DNA from: Alphaproteobacteria bacterium | GTDB taxonomy: Bacteria; Pseudomonadota; Alphaproteobacteria; Bin95 | DNA length: 64,000 nt | Direction: 5' to 3' | Assembly: GCA_963665325.3 (NCBI GenBank) | Contig: OZ224045.1 | Location: 1,696,001-1,760,000 of the forward strand | Shown: in pieces, positions 56,881 to 64,000 of the stretch | Position numbering within the stretch: position 1 is the stretch's first letter | How the letters are laid out: the number at the start of each line of letters is the position of its first letter | Notes under the pieces: generated by a model | The model's database searches: none | Seen by the model: only the letters and a program-made list of their open reading frames with translations | What the model was told of the DNA's origin: nothing | Program-made: the position numbers and the translations under genes

Positions 56881-57930
56881 ATGCCCAGGGACCGTGAAAC
56901 CGATCTGCCGCGCTATGCCGCGCCGGCGCGGCCGCTCGGGGCCTATCCGCGGCTGCGCGCACGGCGCAACCGCCGAGCGGGTTGGACGCGCGCCTTGGTC
57001 GCCGAGAGCCGGCTGGGCCCGCAGGACTTCATCTGGCCGCTGTTCGTCGTGGACGGCGAAGGCGTGTCGCAGCCCGTGCCCTCCATGCCGGGCGTCTGCC
57101 GCTGGTCGGTCGAACTGCTGGTCGAGCGCGTCCGGGAAGCGCGGGACGCCGGCATTCCGGCCGTTGCGCTCTTCCCCTATGTCGATCCCGCGCTCAAGAC
57201 GCATGACGGTGAGCATGCGCTCGATCCGGAGAACATAGTCTGCCGGGCGATCCGGGCGGTGAAGGCGGCCGTGCCGGAGATGGGCGTGGTCTGCGATGTG
57301 GCGCTCGACCCGTTCACCACTCACGGCCAGGACGGCATCGTGCGCGACGGGCAGATCCTGAACGACGAGACCGTGCATGTGCTCTGCGAGCAGGCGCGGG
57401 TGCAGGTCGAGGCCGGCTGCGACGTGATCGCGCCTTCGGACATGATGGACGGGCGGGTCGGCGCCATCCGCGACACGCTGGATGCGGCGGGCCATGAGGA
57501 CGCCTCGATCCTCGCCTATTCGGCGAAATACGCCTCGGCCTTCTACGGGCCCTTCCGCGATGCGGTCGGCTCCGCCGGCGCGCTCGGGGCGGCCGACAAG
57601 AAGACCTACCAGATGGACCCGGCGAACACGGAGGAGGCTTTGCGTGAAATCGCGGCCGACCTCGCCGAGGGCGCCGACATGGTGATGGTCAAGCCGGGCC
57701 TGCCCTATCTGGATGTCATCCGCCGGGTAAAGGAGCGCTTCGGCGTGCCGACGGTCGCCTACAATGTCTCCGGCGAATATTCGATGCTCAAGGCCGCGGG
57801 CGAACGGGGCTGGCTCGACTACGACCTCGTGCTGCTGGAAAGCCTGATGGCCTTCAAGCGCGCCGGCGCCGACGCCATCCTCACCTACGCCGCCATGGAG
57901 GCCTGCGAGCTTCTGGCGGACAAAAAGTAA
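56881..57930 (+). CDS. hemB: Porphobilinogen synthase (Asp-rich, Zn-independent type)
   Basis: DVALDPFTTHGQDG, SDMMDGR, YSAKYASAFYGPFRDA, MVKP. Confidence 0.97.
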   Translation: MPRDRETDLPRYAAPARPLGAYPRLRARRNRRAGWTRALVAESRLGPQDFIWPLFVVDGEGVSQPVPSMPGVCRWSVELLVERVREARDAGIPAVALFPYVDPALKTHDGEHALDPENIVCRAIRAVKAAVPEMGVVCDVALDPFTTHGQDGIVRDGQILNDETVHVLCEQARVQVEAGCDVIAPSDMMDGRVGAIRDTLDAAGHEDASILAYSAKYASAFYGPFRDAVGSAGALGAADKKTYQMDPANTEEALREIAADLAEGADMVMVKPGLPYLDVIRRVKERFGVPTVAYNVSGEYSMLKAAGERGWLDYDLVLLESLMAFKRAGADAILTYAAMEACELLADKK

Positions 57931-58140
57931 GCGGAAGTGATGTCAATTCTTCCAGAGAGATCATCGCTCAGGCGCGAGCGGACTCCGGGTTGAGTGTGGA
58001 CAAAGCGATGAAGCTGGCTGTGGAGAAAACAAGATATTTCCATGAGGAAAGGTAGGCACCATTGCCGAACTTAGAGAAAGTATTAACAAGTCGAATCGCA
58101 TGAAATTTTGTGAAACAAGCAAGGAGATACTGATAAGCTT

Positions 58141-58560
58141 ATGGGGCTTATAACCGCAGTCCGCCAAGACGATATCGTCCGCATCTCAGCACTCATCGAA
58201 TCCGGTGCCGATGTTAACCATGCTGCCCCTAGATCGGGCTACACACCGCTCATGTGGTCAAAGTCTGCTGTGGTCACGAGAACACTGATCGATGCTGGGG
58301 CGGATGTTCACGCCCGAGACATGCAAGGCCATACGCCATTGATGTGGGTAATCTCGAAACATAACGTACCGGATCAGGCGGCTCAGATCGCCAAGGAGTT
58401 GATTGACGCCGGAGCGGATGTCAATGCAAAGGATAACAAAGGAATGTGTCCTTTGGATTGGGCACGGAACCACCGAAACCGACTGCGTAACTTGCCTGTT
58501 GTACGTATCGCTGAGAAGCTTGTCGTTACCGTAGAAGCCGCAAAACGCGCTATCGAGTAG
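58141..58560 (+). CDS. Ankyrin-repeat protein
   Basis: GADVN...GYTPL, GADVHARD..GHTPL, GADVNAKD..GMCPL; visibly lower GC than the flanks. Confidence 0.88.
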   Translation: MGLITAVRQDDIVRISALIESGADVNHAAPRSGYTPLMWSKSAVVTRTLIDAGADVHARDMQGHTPLMWVISKHNVPDQAAQIAKELIDAGADVNAKDNKGMCPLDWARNHRNRLRNLPVVRIAEKLVVTVEAAKRAIE

Positions 58561-58680
58561 CATAGGCTTCCCGGTACACAGGGAACGACCTGCGATCTCA
58601 CCGAATACCAGATTTGTTCAGACCTTCCGTCAACAGTCACAGATCAGAACCGATATGCACAGATAGGGTAAGTCCCTCCC

Positions 58681-58716
58681 GTCATCCCGGACGACGTGTC
58701 GGCGCGATCCGGGACC
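58681..58716. repeat. Alphaproteobacterial REP-like palindrome
   Basis: GTCATCCCGGAC...GATCCGGGACC stem-loop. Confidence 0.5.
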
Positions 58717-58780
58717 TTTCTCAGCGACGTTGTCTCTTGCTCCACGGAGCCCATGATCATAGCTTGGGGCGACGAGTTTG

Positions 58781-58885
58781 TCAGGGAAAGAATTTGAGCG
58801 CTACCATCAATCCGGCGAGGGCCGCCGCAACCGCATAAAGCTTGTTCGACAACCGGGCTTCCAGACCGGCAAGCGTAGCCGTCAT
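58781..58885 (-). CDS. Small coiled-coil/TM peptide, possibly a DUF1640-like remnant
   Basis: MTATLAGLEARLSNKLYAVAAALAGLMVALKFFP. Confidence 0.35.
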   Translation of the reverse strand: MTATLAGLEARLSNKLYAVAAALAGLMVALKFFP

Positions 58886-58946
58886 ATCAAGCCGACTTGC
58901 CGGTTCCCCGTTCGCTGCGACAGCGTCTCCCGTCACATCGCAGCCC

Positions 58947-59264
58947 TCAGGGGTGCGGGCCCCAGGGGGCGGCGAGGAGGAGCTGGTTCTGCTGCGTCAT
59001 GATGAGCGGCCGGATCTTGCTCCCGAAGGTCTTGAACGCCTCGTCGGCATAGAGTGTGGCCCAGTGCCGGCGGCGGTCGGCGTCGTCGTCGAATTTCCAG
59101 AGATGAATGAGCTGGTTCAGCGCGCCGGCATCCGACTGGAAATAGCCGACAAGCTTGTCCTTGTGCGGCTCCAGCGCTGGCCAGCCATAGTTGGCATAGG
59201 CCTCGACCGCCTCGGCCATCTTGCCGACATAGAGCGTGTAGGTGCGCAGTTCATACAGGGCCAT
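58947..59264 (-). CDS. NIPSNAP family protein
   Basis: LYELRTYTL, GALNQLIHLW. Confidence 0.92.
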   Translation of the reverse strand: MALYELRTYTLYVGKMAEAVEAYANYGWPALEPHKDKLVGYFQSDAGALNQLIHLWKFDDDADRRRHWATLYADEAFKTFGSKIRPLIMTQQNQLLLAAPWGPHP

Positions 59265-59295
59265 TCTCGTTTTCCTCTCCTTGTCCCGTCCAGTG

Positions 59296-60180
59296 TCAGT
59301 TGCCGACGACCTTCACGTCGGCATTGCGCTCCACTGTGTGGATCAGCGCGTTCACGTCCTCGGCGCCGCCATGCTCGTTCACGGCCTGCTGGAACAGGTT
59401 GCGCGCCACATTAGCCATGAACATCGGCGCGCCGCTGTCCACGCCGAGCTGCGTCGCGAGGCGCACGTCCTTCAGCATGAGCTCCAGCGCGAAGTTCGAC
59501 TTTCCGGAGCCATCCCCCAGCCGCGGAAGGGTGAACTCCGTCGTGTAGCTGCGCGCGGAGCCCTTGTGCAGCACCTCCGCGCAGGCGGCGAGGCTGAGGC
59601 CGTTCTTCACCCCCATCGCCACCGCTTCGAAGGTGGCTGCGCGCACGCTGGCGGCGATGACATTGTTCACGAGCTTCATCGCATGGCCCGCGCCCACACC
59701 GCCGCAATGGAAGACATTGGGGCTGACCGCCTCGAAGGTGGCGCGCATGCGGGCGAACTGCGCCTCCGTGCCGCCGGCCATGATTGCGATGGTGCCGGCA
59801 TGCGCACCGTGGGGGCCGCCGGAGACCGGCGCGTCGATCAGCTCCAGCCCGCGTTCCGCCAGCTCCGCCGCCATGGCGCGCGTCGCGTTCGGGTCGCCGG
59901 TCGTCTGGTCCACGATGATACCGCCCGGCGCCATGCCGGCCGCTAGTCCGCCCTCGCCGAAAATGGCTTCGCGAACTTCGTTCGAGGTCGGCAGGCAGAG
60001 CAGCACCGCATCGCAGGCCTGCCCGAGCGCTTCAAGGCTCTGCGCCGGCTGTGCACCTGCCTCCGCCATGTCCTGCACGACTTCCGGCCTGAGGTCGAAA
60101 GCCCTGAGCTTGCGGCTCAGAAGCAGCCGCCGCGCCAGCGCGCCGCCCATATTGCCGAGGCCGACATATCCGAGTTCCAT
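59296..60180 (-). CDS. NAD(P)-dependent oxidoreductase, 3-hydroxyisobutyrate dehydrogenase family
   Basis: GYVGLGNMG, DAPVSGG, KLVNN, LMLKD. Confidence 0.93.
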   Translation of the reverse strand: MELGYVGLGNMGGALARRLLLSRKLRAFDLRPEVVQDMAEAGAQPAQSLEALGQACDAVLLCLPTSNEVREAIFGEGGLAAGMAPGGIIVDQTTGDPNATRAMAAELAERGLELIDAPVSGGPHGAHAGTIAIMAGGTEAQFARMRATFEAVSPNVFHCGGVGAGHAMKLVNNVIAASVRAATFEAVAMGVKNGLSLAACAEVLHKGSARSYTTEFTLPRLGDGSGKSNFALELMLKDVRLATQLGVDSGAPMFMANVARNLFQQAVNEHGGAEDVNALIHTVERNADVKVVGN

Positions 60181-60266
60181 CGAACGCATTCCCTCTCTTC
60201 CGCGATGCCCCTGTGCGAAGAGGATAATGCACGAATCGCTACAGCGGAATCGACTGCCGGCCGGGA

Positions 60267-62900
60267 TTACCAGCGCAGGCCGGCTCGGAAGGCGAACCCA
60301 AAGCCTTGTGCACGTCGGCCGTGCCTCGTTCCCTCAATGGCGAAGGAGGCTCCCGGCCTGCCAATGATCCGCCAGCCGATGCGGAACCCGGCAGCGGCCC
60401 GCCGTCGAAGCGAGACCCCCGCATAAGGAGAATGGACGACGCGGTCGCCTGGCGCTGTCCAGCCATAACCGAGCTCGGCATCCAACCTCGCCGCCGGGCG
60501 CGTGGCCGTCCTCCCGGCGGCGCCTGGCGCATCCAGGAGTCGCAGGCTCGGCCCCTCCGGGCTTGGACCGGCACCCCAGGCAGGCGCGACGGCCAGCTTG
60601 AAGCCGCGCCCCTTCGTCTCCGGGTCCAGGCGCAGAGACCCGGAAGCGGCCCATTCTTCGAACCCGGTGTCGCGATGCAGCGCGAGGCTCCGTACCTGTC
60701 CGCGCGCCGTCAGGCCCAGCCTGCGGTCGCTGTAGCGGGCCCCTGCGGACCACTCGACGCCGGCGCCGTTGTCCGCATCGCCCGTGTCATGGCGCAGCCC
60801 TGCGGACATGGACAGGGCGAAGGCGCGCCCCTCGTCAAGCGGGAAATGATTGACGGCGGCGAGAGCCAGACGCAGACGATTCACATCGGCATCCGTTCCT
60901 GCGAGGTCTGCCGTCCCGGAGGAGGCAATACCCATGAAGAGCGCATCCGAGCGCAGTGCGAGTTCGAGACCCTCTCCTTCGCCTGCCGCAGTCAGCGTCC
61001 TGCGTGCACCGAAAGCGCCCATCCGCATGGCGATCGGGGCGCGGCGACGAACGCCCGTCTCGCGTTCGGTCACTACGGTATGGCCGCGTCCGTAGCCAAG
61101 CATTCCCCAAGCCGACAGGCTGTCATCCCGGCCCAGGAGGACATAAGGGTGGACGGCGGTGAGACGGCTCTTCAGGCTGCCCTTGCAACCGGCGCCGAAG
61201 CAGTCCTTGCCCGCGTCATAGGAACCCTCGCCCATGCTGTGGGCCAGTGCAAAGCCGATCTGCGCGCTCCGCCAGTCGCCGTCCATGCCGACGGCGAAGC
61301 TGCGCATACGCCCGTCCAGCGACACAGGGCCCTCCCGGCCCTCGAAGCGGGCGACCGTGCCGCGGCCCCACGCGGTCCCCATGGTTCCGGCCTCCGCGCA
61401 GACCTTGCCACACGCCGCCAGGGGCAGGGAAAGAGCGCTCCGTTCCAGCAGGGCGAAGGGCGATTCACCGGTCTGGACAGACATGGAAGCAGGGAGGCCG
61501 CCAAGCCTTGCATTCGGACTGGGCGGCTGGCGGCGGAGCCGGTCGTCCACGGCTTCCATTGCATGGCCTGCCGCAGCCCGTCCGAACCGCGCGAGCCAGG
61601 GCCGCAGGACATGGGCCTCGAGGCCGCCGGCCGCCACCAGCGAGGACTCGTCATCGACGATGACGAGGGCAACATCGTTCGGCGGCAACACATCGTCTGA
61701 TGGACCGGCGATGGTCCCGGAGACCGTCACTTCGATCCGGGCCGGGCCTTTCTCCTCATTGTCCACCGCGCGAATCGAAACATTGCCCGTGCTCCGGGTA
61801 GCGCCCGCTTCGAAACGCAGCGTTCGGCTCGTGCTGACGACGAAATCGCCCGTTTGTCCGGGGGAAACGGGCCTCGCCGATACATTGACCTCAAAGGCGG
61901 AGTTCGGGGCCCTGGCAAGCCTTGCCGTCACTTGGCTCACACCGCCGTTTTCGTCGACAGGATTGGGCGTCAACGCGAGTTCAATACGGGGCGGCGTCCG
62001 GTTCTCCAGCGTGATGCCGATCAGGCGGCAGGCGACATTGCCGCCAAGGTCCCGGAGCGCCCCGTGGCCCGGATCGATATCGCCGTTGCTGTCCGTCGGC
62101 GGCTGGTACCAGGCCCTAAACGCCTGACCGTGCTCCACAGGTTCTGCCAGAAGGATCTGTACCTTCTTCGGATTCCGGGTCGTTTCGTCCTGCTCGAAAC
62201 CGATGAGGACGCGCTTCGACCGGGGATAAGAAGCGCGCGCGCCCACCGCCCTCAGCCGGAAATGCACGGCAGCCGGCGCATTGCCGGTCTGCAGTTCGCG
62301 ATCGAAGACCAGTTCGACCCGGTCGCTGTTCACCCAGCTGCCGCCATCGAGGTCCGCCACGGGCCGCATGCCGTCATGGCAGTGGCCCGCACTTGCCTCG
62401 TCATCCTCGATGAAGAGCTTGACGGGGTCCGGCGGCACCACGCCGGATCCGTCGACGACCCGCCCGCGAATCGACAGCTCCGCCCTGCCGCCGACGAGAT
62501 ATCTGTCCTGGCTCTCGTTCGCGAACCAGACGACGCCGCTGTTTTCAACGGCGTTGATCGTGACCTTTTTCGAGGCATCGCCGGGATCGAACTCGAGCGT
62601 CAGCCGTGAGCCGGAAGCGCCATCGGCAAATTCGGCGCGGTGCGACGGCCCGCCACCCAGATGATCCGGTTCCGTCAGTTCAATCTCCAACTGAAATCTC
62701 GATGCCGAAGGCGGCGAAACCGCAACCGTCAGGACTGTCGAACCGCTTTCTCCGACCGCATCCGGCGACAACGAAAATGTCACCGTCGGCTGCGTCTGCG
62801 CCCTAGTGTCCGAGACGAACCCCGACGTGACTGAAAGGAAAAGGACAGCAACATTGATACATCGAAACAGGAGCCAGGGCCAAGTAACCGAACAAAGCAT
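60267..62900 (-). CDS. Autotransporter-like outer membrane protein with Calx-beta/SwmB-like passenger
   Basis: Signal peptide; V.E.GG...VTA...V.IVDDE Ig/Calx-like repeats; WLARFGR linker; beta-barrel ending in W. Confidence 0.8.
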   Translation of the reverse strand: MLCSVTWPWLLFRCINVAVLFLSVTSGFVSDTRAQTQPTVTFSLSPDAVGESGSTVLTVAVSPPSASRFQLEIELTEPDHLGGGPSHRAEFADGASGSRLTLEFDPGDASKKVTINAVENSGVVWFANESQDRYLVGGRAELSIRGRVVDGSGVVPPDPVKLFIEDDEASAGHCHDGMRPVADLDGGSWVNSDRVELVFDRELQTGNAPAAVHFRLRAVGARASYPRSKRVLIGFEQDETTRNPKKVQILLAEPVEHGQAFRAWYQPPTDSNGDIDPGHGALRDLGGNVACRLIGITLENRTPPRIELALTPNPVDENGGVSQVTARLARAPNSAFEVNVSARPVSPGQTGDFVVSTSRTLRFEAGATRSTGNVSIRAVDNEEKGPARIEVTVSGTIAGPSDDVLPPNDVALVIVDDESSLVAAGGLEAHVLRPWLARFGRAAAGHAMEAVDDRLRRQPPSPNARLGGLPASMSVQTGESPFALLERSALSLPLAACGKVCAEAGTMGTAWGRGTVARFEGREGPVSLDGRMRSFAVGMDGDWRSAQIGFALAHSMGEGSYDAGKDCFGAGCKGSLKSRLTAVHPYVLLGRDDSLSAWGMLGYGRGHTVVTERETGVRRRAPIAMRMGAFGARRTLTAAGEGEGLELALRSDALFMGIASSGTADLAGTDADVNRLRLALAAVNHFPLDEGRAFALSMSAGLRHDTGDADNGAGVEWSAGARYSDRRLGLTARGQVRSLALHRDTGFEEWAASGSLRLDPETKGRGFKLAVAPAWGAGPSPEGPSLRLLDAPGAAGRTATRPAARLDAELGYGWTAPGDRVVHSPYAGVSLRRRAAAGFRIGWRIIGRPGASFAIEGTRHGRRAQGFGFAFRAGLRW

Positions 62901-63257
62901 AATTTCCGTATCTCCGGACTACCTGTCCGGATTTTCGAAATCAATTGCCGGCGAACCGGAAGTGACCAAACGCCTCCCGCGATTCGGCGACTACTGAGGG
63001 ATTAATTCACTCATGAACGAGCAATAACAATTGCCAAGAAAAAGATTATATATGACAAAAATGTATAGGAGGTCGGGTGAACTCTTGTAGAGTTTGTCTC
63101 AGATGAATTTCATTGTTTTCACGGATTGACAGACTCAATGCATTTCCAGAATCGATGCGCATCGATAAGTTTGCATATAGCGAAAATACGGCATCCGTCA
63201 TGGATGCAAGCACCTTCATCCAGGGCGAAGGACGAACGGGAAAGGCCTCCCCGGTCT

Positions 63258-64000
63258 TCAGCGCTTCTTCGGCAGGTCGAGGCGGACAGCGAGTTCCTTC
63301 AGCCGGGCGGCCTCGATCGGGGCGGGCGCGCCCATCATCAGGTCCTGGCCCTGCTGGTTCATCGGGAACGCGATCACCTCGCGGATATTGGGCTCGTCGG
63401 CGAGCAGCATGACGATGCGGTCGATCCCGGGGGCCGAGCCGCCATGCGGGGGCGCGCCGAATTTCAGCGCCGAGAGCATGCCGCCGAAGCGCGCCTCGAC
63501 CACTTCGGGCCCGTATCCGGCGATCTCGAACGCCTTGTACATGATGGCCGGGTCGTGGTTGCGGATGGCGCCGGAGGAGAGCTCTACACCGTTGCACACG
63601 ATGTCGTACTGGAACGCCTTGATCTCCAGCGGGTCCATGCTTTCCAGCGCCTCCAGCCCGCCCTGCGGCATGGAGAAGGGGTTGTGGCTGAAACCGACCC
63701 GCCCCGTGGCCACGTCCTGCTCATACATCGGGAAATCGACAATCCAGCAGAAGCGGAAGGCGCCTTTCTCCAGCAGGTCGAGGTCCTCGCCGAGCTTGGT
63801 GCGCGCCGCGCCGGCAAGCTCGGCCGCCTTCTCCGGCTTGTCCGCGGCGAAGAACACTGCGTCGCCGGGTCCCGCGCCTGTGGTCTCGCGCAGAGCCGCA
63901 ACGCGCCCCTCGTCCAGAAACCGGGAGATGGGCCCGCGCGCGCCGTTCTCGTCGAGCGTGACATAGGCAAGGCCGCCCGCGCCCTGCGCCTTTGCCCAGT
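63258..64000 (-). CDS. aspS: Aspartate-tRNA ligase, C-terminal part (runs off window)
   Basis: [50 protein letters not shown]. Confidence 0.97.
   Translation of the reverse strand, partial: WAKAQGAGGLAYVTLDENGARGPISRFLDEGRVAALRETTGAGPGDAVFFAADKPEKAAELAGAARTKLGEDLDLLEKGAFRFCWIVDFPMYEQDVATGRVGFSHNPFSMPQGGLEALESMDPLEIKAFQYDIVCNGVELSSGAIRNHDPAIMYKAFEIAGYGPEVVEARFGGMLSALKFGAPPHGGSAPGIDRIVMLLADEPNIREVIAFPMNQQGQDLMMGAPAPIEAARLKELAVRLDLPKKR

Noticed and set aside
63046-63412. ORFs in the AT-rich aspS-autotransporter gap
   Set aside because: No motifs, overlap aspS, and no convincing RBS

Overview
GC-rich alphaproteobacterial chromosome segment (Rhodospirillales/Kiloniellales-like by gene content; inference). 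An ankyrin protein, a TbpB-barrel-like lipoprotein, a Calx-beta/SwmB-like autotransporter and many toxin-antitoxin genes hint at a host-associated lifestyle. 1-34 kb is an accessory catabolic region: sugar-type ABC parts, bicupin, LacI regulator, core MetE-like protein, SABATH-family methyltransferase, hydantoinase A/B, an IS110, then three acyl-CoA ligases, SDRs, amidohydrolase, LLM oxidoreductase, amidase, TetR and two Liv-type ABC systems. 34-42 kb is an IS graveyard (nested IS3s, IS1111-like and IS1634 remnants) around a surface lipoprotein and an RpiR pair. 42-64 kb holds housekeeping genes (cimA, trmJ, ftsY, mtaB, dapF, panC, rlmI, hemB, aspS) interspersed with intact and decayed TA modules. 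The most striking unexplained signal is a ~0.55 kb non-coding element present twice (10660-10716 plus 12377-12825, and 49650-50205). Both copies have three TGTCATG units at 10-bp period, an identical 31-bp core, a conserved minus-strand extended -10 promoter and a 5' hairpin. The IS110 sits exactly inside the 10-bp array of copy 1 (GAG at both junctions), and its upstream non-coding region carries bridge-RNA-like matches to both target and donor. No rRNA, tRNA or CRISPR array was seen.
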